Below are positions 36,927-48,885 of a DNA stretch of 64,000 bases, piece after piece. Origin of the DNA: Thermodesulfovibrionia bacterium (GTDB taxonomy: Bacteria; Nitrospirota; Thermodesulfovibrionia; UBA6902); assembly GCA_947259645.1 (NCBI GenBank), contig CAMYND010000001.1:11169-75168 (forward strand). Reading direction: 5' to 3'. Position numbers and translations under genes: made by a program. Numbering within the stretch: position 1 is the stretch's first letter; each line of letters begins with the position of its first letter. The notes beneath the pieces are model-generated. The model was not told the DNA's origin and searched no databases. It saw nothing but the letters and a program-made list of their open reading frames with translations.

Positions 36927-37730
36927 ATGCCGGACGCTCCTGTTGAATTCAAAGTCAGTCCTTTGCTTAAAACAAAATATCTGGGCAGGAAGTATGTGTA
37001 CCTGAAATCGGTTAATTCGACCAGCACATACCTTGCGGACATGGATCGTGAAAATGCGGTCCACGGTACAATAGTGGCAGCTGACCAGCAGACTGCCGGG
37101 CGGGGCCGAATGGATCGCACATGGCATTCACCGCCAGGAGAAAATCTCTACTTTTCTGTTCTTTTATTACCTGAGCTCATCCCTGCAAAAGCGCCCCAGT
37201 TGGCCCTTGTTACTGCGGCCGCATTGATCAGGGTCTTGAAAAAGAGGTTCCCTGGCCTGTATCCCGGCGTGAAGTGGCCGAATGACATTCTGGTACAGGG
37301 CAGAAAACTTGCAGGCATTCTCTGTGAAATGAAGACCGAAATGAATGATATACACCGGGTTATCATAGGCATAGGTATTAATGTAAACAGCACAATCGGG
37401 AGCTATCCGCAGGAGCTCCGGGAATCAGCGATTTCGCTGCTCGATGCAACAGGCAGCATATCTAATAGACAGGAGTTAATTGCAGATATAGCTGCTGAAC
37501 TGGAAAATATGTATGAGCAGTGGCTCAAAAAGGGGCTTGCTCCCCTTATCAGGCTTCTTGAAGAGAATTCAGCCATGAGAGACCAGGAAGTTATAGTTCT
37601 TCTGCAAAACAGGGAAATTCAGGGCACTGCCCGCGGATTATCCGATGAGGGTTACCTCATTCTGGAAACAGCCGACGGGATAGTTCAGCTCCCGGCTGGA
37701 GAGGTGCTTCTGACAAAGAGAACGATGTAA
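36927..37730 (+). CDS. birA: Biotin--[acetyl-CoA-carboxylase] ligase (group I, no HTH)
   Basis: [27 protein letters not shown] signature, KWPNDIL. Confidence 0.8.
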   Translation: MPDAPVEFKVSPLLKTKYLGRKYVYLKSVNSTSTYLADMDRENAVHGTIVAADQQTAGRGRMDRTWHSPPGENLYFSVLLLPELIPAKAPQLALVTAAALIRVLKKRFPGLYPGVKWPNDILVQGRKLAGILCEMKTEMNDIHRVIIGIGINVNSTIGSYPQELRESAISLLDATGSISNRQELIADIAAELENMYEQWLKKGLAPLIRLLEENSAMRDQEVIVLLQNREIQGTARGLSDEGYLILETADGIVQLPAGEVLLTKRTM

Positions 37731-37738
37731 CTCAAAAA

Positions 37739-39373
37739 ATGGATGGAGAGTTCACTATGCCTGAATTTAAATACCAGGACCCGTTTCCACTTGGAAAAGA
37801 TGAGACGAGGTACCGTCTCGTGACTGCAGAATATGTAAGCGTTGCTGATTTTGAAGGCAGGAAAATCCTCATGATAGACCCGGAAGGACTCACAATCCTT
37901 ACCAATGAGGCTATGCGAGATGTATCTTTCCTGCTGCGTCCTTCCCACAATAAAATGGTCGCACAAATCCTGGACGACCCGGAGGCTTCTTCAAACGACC
38001 GGGGTGTAGCTATTGCCATGCTTCGCAATGCTGAAGTTGCTGCCCGATTTGAGCTTCCTCTCTGTCAGGACACAGGAACAGCAATAATCTTCGCTAAAAA
38101 AGGTCAGCAAGTCTGGACCGGCGTCAGGGACGAAGAATATCTTTCAAAGGGAATCTTCAAGACCTACACTGGAGAACACCTTCGTTACTCCCAGAATGTT
38201 CCGCTGACCATGTATGATGAAAAAAACACCGGGACAAACCTTCCCGCACAGATCGATATTTACGCGGTAGAAGGAGATGAATACAGGTTCCTCTTTCTCG
38301 CCAAGGGCGGTGGCAGCGCAAACAAGACAATCCTTTTCCAGGAGACAAAGGCCCTTCTCAGTCCCGGTGTCCTGGAAGAATATCTTATTAAAAAGATGAA
38401 AACTCTCGGCACCGCTGCCTGCCCTCCCTATCACCTTGCCTTTGTGATAGGCGGCACCAGCGCTGAATCCTGCCTGAAGACAGTAAAACTGGCCACCACC
38501 GGCTACCTCGACAGTCTTTCCTCAAGGGGAAATGAGGGCGGCCAGGCCTTCCGTGACCATGATCTGGAGGAGAGGCTGCTCTCTGCTGCCCGGGAAAGCG
38601 GCATCGGCGCACAGTTCGGGGGCAGATACTTTGTTCACGATATCCGGGTTATCCGTCTCCCCAGGCACGGCGCATCCTGCCCGATCGGCATGGGAGTCTC
38701 CTGCTCTGCAGACAGGAATATAAAAGCAAAAATAAACAAAGAGGGAATATGGCTCGAAGAGATGGACCGCAACCCCGGGAGACTGATTCCTGACAAATAC
38801 CGCGGGAAGCACGAGGAAGGGACCGTCAAAATAAATTTGAACAGGCCGATGAAGGACATCCTGGCTGAACTTACACGACATCCCGTCGCAACACGTCTTT
38901 CTCTCACAGGAACTATTATTGTCGGTCGTGACATTGCCCATGCACGATTCAGGGAACGCCTGGAAATGGGTGAGGGTATTCCTGATTATCTCAAAAAACA
39001 TCCGATCTACTACGCTGGTCCAGCCAAGACACCGCCCGGAAAACCATCGGGCTCTTTCGGCCCCACGACTGCGGGACGGATGGATTCATATGTTGACCTG
39101 TTTCAGTCTCATGGGGGTTCTCTGATAATGATCGCCAAAGGAAATCGATCAAAACAGGTAACCGAAGCGTGTAAAAAGCATGGCGGTTTCTACCTCGGCT
39201 CTATTGGCGGGCCTGCGGCGCTGCTGGCAGAAGAGAACATTAAGAATGTTGAATGCATTGACTTCCCGGAACTCGGGATGGAAGCGGTCTGGAAGATAGA
39301 GGTAGAGGACTTCCCTGCCTTTATTCTCGTAGATGATAAGGGAAATGATTTTTTTGCCCGGCTCGGGTGTTAG
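37739..39373 (+). CDS. fumA: Class I (Fe-S) fumarate hydratase
   Basis: 544 aa; N-term [12 protein letters not shown]...[10 protein letters not shown] and overall length match FumA/FumB; start may be Met 37757. Confidence 0.85.
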   Translation: MDGEFTMPEFKYQDPFPLGKDETRYRLVTAEYVSVADFEGRKILMIDPEGLTILTNEAMRDVSFLLRPSHNKMVAQILDDPEASSNDRGVAIAMLRNAEVAARFELPLCQDTGTAIIFAKKGQQVWTGVRDEEYLSKGIFKTYTGEHLRYSQNVPLTMYDEKNTGTNLPAQIDIYAVEGDEYRFLFLAKGGGSANKTILFQETKALLSPGVLEEYLIKKMKTLGTAACPPYHLAFVIGGTSAESCLKTVKLATTGYLDSLSSRGNEGGQAFRDHDLEERLLSAARESGIGAQFGGRYFVHDIRVIRLPRHGASCPIGMGVSCSADRNIKAKINKEGIWLEEMDRNPGRLIPDKYRGKHEEGTVKINLNRPMKDILAELTRHPVATRLSLTGTIIVGRDIAHARFRERLEMGEGIPDYLKKHPIYYAGPAKTPPGKPSGSFGPTTAGRMDSYVDLFQSHGGSLIMIAKGNRSKQVTEACKKHGGFYLGSIGGPAALLAEENIKNVECIDFPELGMEAVWKIEVEDFPAFILVDDKGNDFFARLGC

Positions 39374-39387
39374 CGATAATTTGATAT

Positions 39388-40311
39388 ATGACCTTTGACA
39401 CTTCTATAATTGGCGCCCTTCTTCCGATTTTCCTGGTTATTCTCTCGGGGTATGCCTTCCGCAGGTTTCACTTCCCTGGTGACGAATTCTGGTCTTATGC
39501 TGAAAAGATCACCTATTTTGTGCTCTTCCCGTGCCTCCTTTTCCAGAAGACTGCAACTGCGCCGATTGAATCCCACCAGTTTATCCAGATGGCAGCTGCG
39601 CTGTCCATCAGCGTGCTCGTAATGACGGCCCTGCTCCTGCTTGTTCAGCCATGGTGGACTGCCGGAAAACCCTCTTTTACTTCCTTCTTTCAGGGGAGCA
39701 TCCGCTTCAATACCTATGTCGGTCTCGCTGCAGCCTTTGCCCTGTTTGGAAATGAGGGCCTTACCATATCCGCGCTCGCCCTGGCTGTTTTGATCCCCTT
39801 GCTCAATATTATCTGTGTCAGCGTGCTTGTCCTGTTTGGTGATTCAGGCAAACGCGGCTGGCGCACGGTTATTCTTCAAATTATCCAAAACCCCCTGGTA
39901 ATTGCCTGCTTAACAGGCACCATGCTGAACACAACCGGTGTTCCCCTGCATGGAGTTGTGAACGAAACACTGCTGATATTCGGCAGAGCAGCACTTCCGA
40001 TAGGCCTGCTCTGTGTCGGGGCAGGCCTCAATTTTACCGCTGCCCGCAAGTCCGGAATTATCGTTACTGCATCGTGCTTTCTGAAACTGTTTATCTTTCC
40101 GCTCTTAATGTGGAGCATATGTAACGCCCTCGGTCTTGACCTGACCGTAACATCGATCGCCGTGCTCTTTGCGGCCCTTCCGGGTTCACCAGCTGCATAT
40201 ATCCTTTCCAAGCAGCTTGGGGGCGACAGCCTTCTTATGGCGAGTATCATTACTGCGCAGACACCCCTGTCCATGGTGACGATGCCTGTTATTATGGCTC
40301 TGGTCAGATGA
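39388..40311 (+). CDS. AEC (auxin efflux carrier/malate permease-like) family transporter
   Basis: 307-aa 10-TM membrane protein with AEC-like N-terminal LPIFLVILSGY. Confidence 0.6.
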   Translation: MTFDTSIIGALLPIFLVILSGYAFRRFHFPGDEFWSYAEKITYFVLFPCLLFQKTATAPIESHQFIQMAAALSISVLVMTALLLLVQPWWTAGKPSFTSFFQGSIRFNTYVGLAAAFALFGNEGLTISALALAVLIPLLNIICVSVLVLFGDSGKRGWRTVILQIIQNPLVIACLTGTMLNTTGVPLHGVVNETLLIFGRAALPIGLLCVGAGLNFTAARKSGIIVTASCFLKLFIFPLLMWSICNALGLDLTVTSIAVLFAALPGSPAAYILSKQLGGDSLLMASIITAQTPLSMVTMPVIMALVR

Positions 40312-40462
40312 AGATTTTACCTGAGCGCTGATTTACACCCACTATAGAATCAAATTAACTGGGTGATGTTTAGATTACTAAAAAGTTTTAGAAGAATGAA
40401 CGAGGATATGATAAAATAGCCTGTAGTTAACCATTACACCCATCGTTCCTGGTAAGCGAATT

Positions 40463-41134
40463 ATGTTCAAGGAATTTAAAACCACTGTAGGAAAAAAACT
40501 TATCATGGCCCTCACAGGCCATCTGCTCATAATATTTGTTATAGCCCATGTAATAGGAAACTCTACGATTTATTTCGGAGGGCTCAATTCCTATGCACAG
40601 CATCTTCATGACCTTGCGCCTCTGGTCTGGACCTTCCGGTCTGTAATGCTCATAACGCTGCTGATTCATCTGCTATTGGGAATTCAACTGACACTGGAAA
40701 ACCGCGCGTCAAAACCTGACACCTATGCTGTCAAAAAGAGCCTCCGTGCAACAACGGCTTCCCGGAATATGATATGGACAGGAGCTCTTACAGGGGGGTT
40801 TCTCCTGTACCACCTGCTTCACTTCACGTTCCAGGTAACAAATCCCGATATTTCCGCCAGAGCGAACCTTGATTCCCTCGGAAGGCCTGATGTCATGGTC
40901 ATGGTAGTGTCAAGTTTTCAGAATATAATTATCTCTCTCGTTTATATTGTGTCAATGGCTGTAGTGGCCCTCCATCTTGTTCATGGTATACAGAGTTCTT
41001 TTCAGTCTCTTGGTTTGAACAATAATAAAACCCTGGGGATCATTCAAAAAGCAGGGTTAATCGTTTCGATTATTTTATTTGCGGGATACGCGCTGATTCC
41101 CTTATCAATACTCGTTGGCATGGTGAAAGGATAA
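40463..41134 (+). CDS. sdhC: Succinate dehydrogenase/fumarate reductase cytochrome b membrane subunit (type B)
   Basis: 223 aa, 5 TM with conserved His residues, immediately upstream of flavoprotein gene. Confidence 0.65.
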   Translation: MFKEFKTTVGKKLIMALTGHLLIIFVIAHVIGNSTIYFGGLNSYAQHLHDLAPLVWTFRSVMLITLLIHLLLGIQLTLENRASKPDTYAVKKSLRATTASRNMIWTGALTGGFLLYHLLHFTFQVTNPDISARANLDSLGRPDVMVMVVSSFQNIIISLVYIVSMAVVALHLVHGIQSSFQSLGLNNNKTLGIIQKAGLIVSIILFAGYALIPLSILVGMVKG

Positions 41135-41141
41135 GACAGAT

Positions 41142-43055
41142 ATGATACTTGACGGTAAAAGTCCATCGGGTCCACTCTCTGAAAAATGGGACAAGAGGCG
41201 CCAGGAGATGAAACTCGTAAACCCTGCGAACAAGAGAAAATATAAGATTATTATTGTTGGAACCGGCCTTGCAGGCGCATCAGCCGCTGCAACCCTCGGG
41301 GAGCTGGGCTACAATGTGGAGGCCTTCTGTTATCAGGACAGTCCGCGTCGGGGACATAGCATCGCAGCCCAGGGAGGCATTAATGCGGCCAAGAATTACC
41401 CCAGTGACGGGGACAGTATCTTCCGCCTTTTCTACGACACGATCAAAGGAGGAGATTTCAGGGCGCGGGAGGCAAATGTCTACCGCCTTGCAACACTCAG
41501 CAATAACATTATTGATCAGGCAGTGGCTCAGGGCGTACCCTTTGCGCGGGACTACGCGGGGTATCTTGACAACCGATCCTTTGGTGGCGCGCAGGTATCA
41601 CGAACTTTTTTTGCCCGGGGACAGACAGGCCAGCAGCTGCTTCTCGGCGCCTATTCCGCCCTTTCACGACAGATAAAGGCGGGCACGGTCACGCTGCACT
41701 CCCGGACAGAGATGCTTGACCTCGTGGTAATTAATGGTGAAGCAAAGGGGATAACTGTGCGTGACATGGTAACCGGTGAAATTCGGTCTTATGCTGCTGA
41801 TTCGGTCTGCCTCTGCACAGGCGGCTATGCAAATGTCTTTTACCTCTCGACAAATGCGATGGGTTCAAATGTCACCGCTGCATACAGGGCATATAAAAAA
41901 GGTGCATTTTTCGCAAATCCCTGTTTCACCCAGATTCACCCGACCTGCATCCCTGTTTCAGGTGACCACCAGTCCAAGCTGACACTCATGTCTGAATCTC
42001 TCAGAAATGACGGCCGGTGCTGGGTTCCCAGGGAAAAGGGCGATCAACGCATCCCGGACGAGATCCCTGAAGAAGAGCGTGACTACTATCTCGAACGGAA
42101 ATATCCGAGCTTCGGTAATCTTGCCCCCCGTGATATAGCATCCCGTTCAGCAAAGGAAGTCTGTGATGAAGGACGGGGAATCGGGACGAGCGGTTACGGT
42201 GTGTATCTTGATTTTGCTGACGCTATCAATCGTCTGGGAGCAGGTGTTATAAAAGAACGATACGGAAACCTTTTTGAAATGTATGAGAAAATTACCGGTG
42301 AAAATGCCTACAAGCAGCCGATGCGCATATACCCGGCCCCTCATTACACCATGGGCGGGCTCTGGGTTGATTATAATCTGGAGAGTACAATTCCGGGGCT
42401 CTTTGTGCTTGGGGAAGCGAACTACTCTGACCATGGCGCCAACCGTCTCGGTGCAAGCGCGCTGATGCAGGGACTTGCTGACGGCTACTTTATCATCCCA
42501 GGCACCATTGCCCATTATCTTGCTCAAACAGGGCCGGGCAAGGCAGGTATCGACCACCCCGAGTTTCAAAAATCCCGGGAAGGTGCCCATGACCGAATGC
42601 ACCGGCTCCTGTCCATTAACGGCAAGAAAACTGTCAACGAGTTCCACCGGGAACTGGGAAGAATCATGTGGAACAAGGTAGGCATGGCCAGGACAGAAAA
42701 AAGTCTGAACAGCGCGTTACAGGAGATTCCCCGGCTCCGTGCCGAGTTCTGGGAAAATGTCACCGTACCCGGCAGCGGAGCAGCGTTGAACCAGGAACTG
42801 GAGAAAGCCGGCCGTGTTGCTGATTTCCTTGAGTTCGGAGAGCTTATGGCGCGGGATGCCCTGCTTCGTAATGAGTCCTGCGGCGGTCATTTCCGTGAGG
42901 AATATCAGATGCCTGACGGTGAGGCAAAGCGCGATGATGAACATTTTTCATATGTCGCCGCATGGGAGTTCACCGGAGAAGACAGCACACCTGAAATGCA
43001 CAAAGAACCGCTGACCTTCGAAAATGTAGAACTGGCGGTAAGGAGTTACAAATAA
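41142..43055 (+). CDS. sdhA: Succinate dehydrogenase/fumarate reductase flavoprotein subunit
   Basis: [17 protein letters not shown]-binding, SIAAQGG (covalent FAD His), [15 protein letters not shown]-terminal motif. Confidence 0.9.
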   Translation: MILDGKSPSGPLSEKWDKRRQEMKLVNPANKRKYKIIIVGTGLAGASAAATLGELGYNVEAFCYQDSPRRGHSIAAQGGINAAKNYPSDGDSIFRLFYDTIKGGDFRAREANVYRLATLSNNIIDQAVAQGVPFARDYAGYLDNRSFGGAQVSRTFFARGQTGQQLLLGAYSALSRQIKAGTVTLHSRTEMLDLVVINGEAKGITVRDMVTGEIRSYAADSVCLCTGGYANVFYLSTNAMGSNVTAAYRAYKKGAFFANPCFTQIHPTCIPVSGDHQSKLTLMSESLRNDGRCWVPREKGDQRIPDEIPEEERDYYLERKYPSFGNLAPRDIASRSAKEVCDEGRGIGTSGYGVYLDFADAINRLGAGVIKERYGNLFEMYEKITGENAYKQPMRIYPAPHYTMGGLWVDYNLESTIPGLFVLGEANYSDHGANRLGASALMQGLADGYFIIPGTIAHYLAQTGPGKAGIDHPEFQKSREGAHDRMHRLLSINGKKTVNEFHRELGRIMWNKVGMARTEKSLNSALQEIPRLRAEFWENVTVPGSGAALNQELEKAGRVADFLEFGELMARDALLRNESCGGHFREEYQMPDGEAKRDDEHFSYVAAWEFTGEDSTPEMHKEPLTFENVELAVRSYK

Positions 43056-43795
43056 TGAACCTCACTTTGTTTGTCTGGAGACAGAAAGGCCCTGAAGACC
43101 CCGGCAGACTAAAGCAGCTGGAAGCCAGGGACATCAGCCCTGATATGTCCTTTCTTGAAATGCTCGATCTGGTGAATGAAGATTTAATCAAACAAGGGAG
43201 AGACCCGATAGTCTTTGACCATGACTGCCGTGAAGGCATCTGCGGTACCTGCTCTCAGGTCATAAACGGTGTGCCACATGGTCCGGAAGAACGGACTACC
43301 GTGTGCCAGCTCCATATGAGAAATTTCAAAGACGGAGACACTATTTACATTGAACCCTGGAAGGCAAAGGCATTCCCTGTAATTAAGGACCTCATCGTTG
43401 ACCGCAATGCATTTGAGCATATCATCCAGTCCGGGGGCTACATTTCTGCCCATACCGGCGGCGTTCCTGACGCCAATGCCATACTTATAGCAAAACATGA
43501 TGCAGATACCGCAATGGATGCTGCCGAGTGTATCGGCTGCGGTGCCTGTGTGGCAGCCTGTCCCAACGGCTCGGCAATGTTATTTGCCGCAGCAAAGGTC
43601 ACCCAGTTTGCCGTGCTTCCTCAGGGGGCAGTTGAAGCAAAAAAACGGGTGAATTCCATGATCAGCTCAATGAAGAAAGAGGGCTTTGGAAACTGTTCAA
43701 ACCATTACGAATGTCAGGCTGTCTGCCCCAAGGGGATCAAGGTCTCCTTTATCGCAAAGCTTAACAGGGAATTTATAGCAAGCTTGAAAACCTAG
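43055..43795 (+). CDS. sdhB: Succinate dehydrogenase/fumarate reductase iron-sulfur subunit
   Basis: [10 protein letters not shown] 2Fe-2S motif, [12 protein letters not shown] and CQAVCPKGI ferredoxin motifs. Confidence 0.85.
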   Translation: MNLTLFVWRQKGPEDPGRLKQLEARDISPDMSFLEMLDLVNEDLIKQGRDPIVFDHDCREGICGTCSQVINGVPHGPEERTTVCQLHMRNFKDGDTIYIEPWKAKAFPVIKDLIVDRNAFEHIIQSGGYISAHTGGVPDANAILIAKHDADTAMDAAECIGCGACVAACPNGSAMLFAAAKVTQFAVLPQGAVEAKKRVNSMISSMKKEGFGNCSNHYECQAVCPKGIKVSFIAKLNREFIASLKT

Positions 43796-43974
43796 TTGAG
43801 CAGAGGCCGCAAACATTCCTGATATTCCCGCTGTACCGCTGTCCTGCCCTACCTCACAGGTAAGACTTTGAGAACATAGATTATCCCCTGTTTTGGACAT
43901 AACAGCCTTGATTTGTATAGTCCCTAAAAAAAGATTTAACTTTTCCTGAAAGAGAGCCGATATAATACGTACCT

Positions 43975-45861
43975 ATGAATATAGAGGACAAAAGAAGCTT
44001 TAAGCGCTACAGAACCAGAACTGACTGCGAAATCATGGTGAACGGAGAGGCCATAGCAGGAAAGGTCTTCGACTACTCCGATGGCGCGGGTGTTGTTGTT
44101 GAAAATGTACCCCATTTCAGCCGCGGAACCAAAGCTGGCCTGACAATACCTTTTCTTGGGATGATCTTTACAGGCGAAGTAGCATGGTCACGGGAAAGCG
44201 GAAAATATATCAGGGTCGGATTTAAAAATGTTGGTAATTTTGCTGGAAATCTGAGCCATCACAAGTTGGCTGATATCCTCATAGGCATCCAGAGGAGCGG
44301 CTGCACCGGGGTCCTTGGCATTACAAACGGATCTGCGGTAAAGAAAGTGTTTATAAAGAACGGGGATATCGTATTTGCTACGTCTAACAGAAAAGATGAG
44401 CGCCTTGGGGAAATCCTCGTAAAGAAGGGGCGAATCACCCTCACAGAATACTATAACGCCTCCACATTAATGGTTAAGTCCGGGCAGAAGATGGGAAAGG
44501 TTCTTGTAGAGCTCAACCTGCTCAAACCCAAAGAACTCTTTCAGGCACTGAATGAACAGATAGAAGAAATAATCATGAGTCTTTTTGATATTAATGAGGG
44601 GACCTTTGAGTTCAAAGAGGAACAACTTGCGGCAGAGGAACTCGTAACCCTTAAAATCAGCACTGCTAACATTATTTACCAGGGAATGAAGAGGATTGAT
44701 AACTTTATTTATATCAAGGAGATGTGCCCGCCTGATAACGCTATGTTAGGGCTCTCCCAGAACCCGCTCAATATTTTTCAGTCTCTCAGTCTTTCTCCTG
44801 CTGACAAAGATATTCTCTATGCTGTAAGCAGAAAAGCCACGTTGAAAAAAATACTGTCAATTTCCTCCCTCAAAGACTTTGAAACACTGAAAACAGTCAG
44901 CGCACTGCTCAGTATCAGGTTTATTAACATACTGAGAGAAGAGGGTGATTCCCTGGAGCTTTCACTTGATGAGATCCTTGGTGAAATAAGTGAAAGCACT
45001 CCGCAGGAATTCCTGGATAAAACAGAACAGATGTTCGCCCGGTGCGAAACACTGGGACATCATGAGATTCTCGGAGTGGATAAGGGCGCGCCTCCTGACG
45101 CGATCAAAAGAGCCTACTTCAGGCTATCGAAAGAATACCATCCTGACAGACATTTTTCTTACCCGGAGTATGATCTGAAAGGAAAGTTAGTCAGAATCTT
45201 TTCTTATTTGACTGAGGCATATGAGATACTCACTGAGCCAGAGCAAAAGGAAGAGAGTAAAGTGGCTGTTACTGATTCAGGGACAGAGACTTACGGAGCA
45301 TCAGCAGAAAAGACTCCTGTCACATCCGAAACAGAGAATGCCTGGCAAAAGAAGCCTATTACGCACAACGACAATTTTGACAGTGCACCACCGGGTAAAA
45401 CAGGTATTCAGGTCAGCGGGAAAAATGAGCACACAGAGTCATATGCGGAAGGCCTTGGAATCTCGGGATACCATGACGCAGTGGCTACTGACCTTGCATC
45501 ACCAGTCCCGGAACCAATAACCGAAGAAACACAAGATAGCCCATCCGCTACTCACGATCAGTCTCAAACACCGTCTAATGACATAAAAACAAGTACAAAA
45601 GAAAAAGCAGTACTTGCATCGGCAGGAGAAACAGTATACATCGGGCCGAAAAAAACGAACAAAAAACTGATATCAGCTATCGCCCTGATTCTTATCAGTA
45701 TTATTTCATTGGTAACTTTTTTCCACAGTCAGTCCCGAAAGGATACTGATTTATACCCCGGGCCGATGACTGTTCATACCTCTTCTGTTGAGATGTCGGA
45801 GAAATCTGATAACGTGCCTCAGTTCCGCGATGATGCCTTTGATAAGATACTGAAACGGTAA
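43975..45861 (+). CDS. Multidomain protein: N-terminal PilZ-like, DUF4388-like, J-domain (DnaJ), C-terminal TM segment
   Basis: KRYRTRTD + DYSDGAG (PilZ-like); HEILGVDKGAPPDAIKRAYFRLSKEYHPDR J-domain with HPD; hydrophobic LISAIALILISIISLV near C-term. Confidence 0.55.
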   Translation: MNIEDKRSFKRYRTRTDCEIMVNGEAIAGKVFDYSDGAGVVVENVPHFSRGTKAGLTIPFLGMIFTGEVAWSRESGKYIRVGFKNVGNFAGNLSHHKLADILIGIQRSGCTGVLGITNGSAVKKVFIKNGDIVFATSNRKDERLGEILVKKGRITLTEYYNASTLMVKSGQKMGKVLVELNLLKPKELFQALNEQIEEIIMSLFDINEGTFEFKEEQLAAEELVTLKISTANIIYQGMKRIDNFIYIKEMCPPDNAMLGLSQNPLNIFQSLSLSPADKDILYAVSRKATLKKILSISSLKDFETLKTVSALLSIRFINILREEGDSLELSLDEILGEISESTPQEFLDKTEQMFARCETLGHHEILGVDKGAPPDAIKRAYFRLSKEYHPDRHFSYPEYDLKGKLVRIFSYLTEAYEILTEPEQKEESKVAVTDSGTETYGASAEKTPVTSETENAWQKKPITHNDNFDSAPPGKTGIQVSGKNEHTESYAEGLGISGYHDAVATDLASPVPEPITEETQDSPSATHDQSQTPSNDIKTSTKEKAVLASAGETVYIGPKKTNKKLISAIALILISIISLVTFFHSQSRKDTDLYPGPMTVHTSSVEMSEKSDNVPQFRDDAFDKILKR

Positions 45862-45874
45862 GGTTGGCTGTTTA

Positions 45875-46915
45875 TTATCCCTGAATAACCTGAAGAAGTT
45901 TTTCCGCAGAGTCCTGGTCAAGGCTTTTCAGCTTTTCGTAAATATCGAGAGCTTTTTCTTTTTCACCTTTGATTCCATAAATCATGCCGATTCCACTGAG
46001 CGCGTCAATATGTTCGGGATCATGTTTGATGGCCTCATGGAATGAACTTTCAGCTTCATCATGCTGATCCATAAAAAAGAAGCAGTAACCAAGGCTGCTG
46101 CGATAGTCCGGCTCTTCAGGTGAAAATCTCACGGCCTTCTTGAGGTATGGCAGAGCTTTGGAGGGTTGATCCATCTTTAATAAAATCATTCCCTTCCAGG
46201 CATTCAGTTCAGGGTTGAGAGGAGATTTTTTCAACTCCCCTTTAACGGTATTCAATGCTGTTTTATACTCTTTATTTTCAACAAGGGAAAATATATTTTG
46301 GAGAGTAGCCTCATCTGTTCTTCCCCCGGGAGGCAGCAGAGAGGGCTTTATTTCCTTATCAGCAGAATCTGGCATTGTCTTCAGCGCAGGCTTTTTCGGT
46401 TCAGGCGCCAGAGCTGGCATGATTGGTTCTTGCACCCGAGCGGTCTTTATTGGTTCGGGCACCGCATCAGGCTTTTTCAGTTCAGGAACCTTAGCAGACT
46501 CTATCGGTTCAGGTGCGGGGGCAGGCTTAAGCGCTGCGACACTCTCTGCCGTCTTTCCATATATTTTTACAATGCGCTTCTCAATAAAGCGTGTTTTCAC
46601 AATAATGAATGGCCAGACCCTGCTTTTGATCTGGGCTGACACTGCCTTGGCTTCCTCAATCAGATCAAACCTTCCAAGGCGGAGCGCATAATATTTACCC
46701 ACCTTTTCAATACGAAGAAGTTCAAGGTCCTCATCATGCAGCAGCTCAATGATTTTATTATACGATTTGTCCGCCTTTTGAAAATCAGGATAACTTCCAA
46801 ACTGCAATACATATAACTTCGGTCTATTGGCTGCTGAAGCAGTAAGAGTGGAGGCACCGATGGCAATACTGAGAGCTGCCAGCACCAGTAATATGATTTT
46901 TATTCTTCTTGTCAT
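45875..46915 (-). CDS. SPOR-domain/TPR-repeat protein with Pro-rich repeat linker
   Basis: N-term signal, SPOR-like LYVLQFGSYPDFQKADKSYNKI, PEPxxxP repeats, C-terminal TPR repeats. Confidence 0.5.
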   Translation of the reverse strand: MTRRIKIILLVLAALSIAIGASTLTASAANRPKLYVLQFGSYPDFQKADKSYNKIIELLHDEDLELLRIEKVGKYYALRLGRFDLIEEAKAVSAQIKSRVWPFIIVKTRFIEKRIVKIYGKTAESVAALKPAPAPEPIESAKVPELKKPDAVPEPIKTARVQEPIMPALAPEPKKPALKTMPDSADKEIKPSLLPPGGRTDEATLQNIFSLVENKEYKTALNTVKGELKKSPLNPELNAWKGMILLKMDQPSKALPYLKKAVRFSPEEPDYRSSLGYCFFFMDQHDEAESSFHEAIKHDPEHIDALSGIGMIYGIKGEKEKALDIYEKLKSLDQDSAEKLLQVIQG

Positions 46916-47098
46916 CTTATTCGCATTAAACGTTTATTTCTTTTCGGCTCATCTGCTCATTTTCTTTATTAATATTTATGATCTTGAGCTGAGAGCTTGT
47001 ATTGCTAAGATATAATAGTAATAAAAAGATTCTAAATCAATAGCGCAATAATAGTAACAAAATTTTGTATAGTAAATAATACATGATAGATAGGTACC

Positions 47099-47569
47099 AT
47101 GAAAGAACTGTATGAATATCAAAATGATTTTTTATTCTTTATTGTAAGACCTGCTCCAATGAGAGATGACGGGTCTTTGCTCTATTGCTCCGGGGTAGAC
47201 CTCTATCGCTTCCTCCCCATTACCAAAGGCCGGCACCGCCCCATGTCAAACCCCGCGATGAGAGGGCTTCAGCTTGTAAACCTGGGGGTCAGGGCTTTGG
47301 CGCTCTCAAGCGGGGCAACGCCAAAGTCACTATGGGACAATAAGTGCGCAGGTCTGGTGCCGGTGAGAGAGGGGCTGTATAAAGAACGGCTCCTCATAGA
47401 AAAGGCTCCCGAATCCTTCCCTGAAGAGCTGATCAAGTATTGTGTCATAAACATCATGAAAAAAATTTCCAATGCCAGCCTGCTTGGAGAGACTATGCCG
47501 GAAACAGTTCTTGAACCAGACAAACTCCAGGAATATATCGAGGAGCTTTGCCGCAAATATGAGTTGTAA
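47099..47569 (+). CDS. Hypothetical protein
   Basis: 156-aa ORF, no motifs recognised. Confidence 0.3.
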   Translation: MKELYEYQNDFLFFIVRPAPMRDDGSLLYCSGVDLYRFLPITKGRHRPMSNPAMRGLQLVNLGVRALALSSGATPKSLWDNKCAGLVPVREGLYKERLLIEKAPESFPEELIKYCVINIMKKISNASLLGETMPETVLEPDKLQEYIEELCRKYEL

Positions 47570-47704
47570 AGAGGCCCTGAGCAAAAGGGTTCAAGGGACC
47601 GGGGATCTGAGCAAATAAAGATCCTCTCCGTGCTCAACCTGAGGGCCTTTTCCCGGACTGTTTTTTTATTACACAAATTTGGTATTATACATGACCCGAA
47701 ATTC

Positions 47705-47780
47705 GGGCCGCTAGCTCAGTTGGTAGAGCAACGCCCTTTTAAGGCGTGGGTCGTTGGTTCGAATCCAACGCGGCTCACCA
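47705..47780 (+). tRNA. tRNA-Lys (anticodon UUU)
   Basis: GGGCCGCTAGCTCAGTTGGTAGAGC...CCTTTTAAGG anticodon loop...GGTTCGAATCC T-arm...CCA; cloverleaf folds. Confidence 0.9.
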
Positions 47781-47785
47781 TTGAT

Positions 47786-47863
47786 GTCCCCATCGTCTAG
47801 TCTGGCCTAGGACACCGGCCTTTCACGCCGATAACAGGGGTTCAAATCCCCTTGGGGACGCCA
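47786..47863 (+). tRNA. tRNA-Glu (anticodon UUC)
   Basis: GTCCCCATCGTCTAGTCTGG...CCTTTCACG anticodon loop...GGTTCAAATCCCC...GGGGACGCCA; acceptor stem complementary. Confidence 0.9.
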
Positions 47864-47875
47864 TGTAATTTTTAA

Positions 47876-47905
47876 GGGGTTACGCTCTGTAGCCCCTTTT
47901 CTTTT
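47876..47905 (+). terminator. Intrinsic terminator after tRNA pair
   Basis: GGGGUUAC-gcucu-GUAGCCCC stem followed by UUUUCUUUU. Confidence 0.7.
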
Positions 47906-48218
47906 CCTCCAAATTAGAGAAAACCTAACTGCATTCTTTCATTCTCCCCCCACAAGAACTGCATCAATGTCGCTATCTTTCAGTTTCCTGCATATCAGAG
48001 CAGCCGGACCTTTTAAAAATTGAAAGTATGCGTTCTGCCTTTCTTTTCGACAGCCCTGTAACTGCATGATAAATAATCATATTTCAAGGCTGAATGCGTC
48101 TTGAATCGTTTATGAAAGCGCAGTTTATTTACTAGGTTGGAGTTTTTTTTGCTCTTAAATTCATCTTTTTTTCTGGGTTTCGGTAAATATATCCGGGGAA
48201 AAAGCCGAAGAGATGAAA

Positions 48219-48850
48219 AATGTGGTACACATGGAATGTACATAATTTTATGAGTAAAAAGAGAGGGTAGCTCGATTGAATCAACTGATACGAACATCAA
48301 TCTCCATTATTATCTTACTATTTTTAACAATGCTCAATACCCATGCTCTGGACAACACAGGCAAAGATGACACGCTGCAGTATCTCATTTCCCTGCATGA
48401 AAAAAACCCTGAAGTCGTTGATTACATCATTCCGATAGCCAAACACTATAAAGAGATAGAGAAGTATGACAGAGCAACTGTGTGGTATATGAAGGCTGCA
48501 AAGATTCAGCCTGACAATACAGACATCCTCTTTAGTATCGGCCTTCTCCAGTCATGGACAGATCACTATTTAACGGCGATCGAATATTTTGACAAGATTC
48601 TCAGGATAGAGCCGAATCACGATGATGCAAAACTGGCCAAGGCCAGAGTGCTCAGCTGGCAGGACAAGCGAGCTGAAGCCTTATCGCTATGTGAAGAGGT
48701 CTTAAAGAATAATCCGGAGTATTTGGATGCCTATGAATTAAAGGCACGCATTCTTACGTGGGAAGAGAAATATGTTGAAGCCATTGATATCTACATAAAG
48801 ATGCTTCATATGAACACGAACAATAAAAAATGCCGGGAAGGGTAATGATA
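48219..48850 (+). pseudogene. Truncated, frameshifted tandem duplicate of the 5' end (with upstream region) of the downstream TPR/beta-barrel gene
   Basis: ~625-bp unit repeated in tandem (~85% identity to 48853-49478); ATG at 48249 gives MSKKRG-stop (1-nt loss in A-run), ORF resumes at TTG 48276 and terminates where copy 2 continues. Confidence 0.5.
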
Positions 48851-48885
48851 AAAAATGTGGTTCGCAAGAAAAGGGTAACGGTTTT

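Noticed and set aside
47600-47704. Possible long-range stem (AGGCCCTGAG...CTGAGGGCCT) and promoter upstream of the tRNA genes
   Set aside because: The pairing has an internal mismatch and encloses ~65 nt, and the -35/-10 assignment is ambiguous; too weak to call.
48013-48300. 95-aa minus-strand ORF in the AT-rich gap after the tRNAs
   Set aside because: No RBS, low-complexity Lys/Phe-rich translation, and it overlaps the start of the duplicated TPR fragment; judged non-coding.
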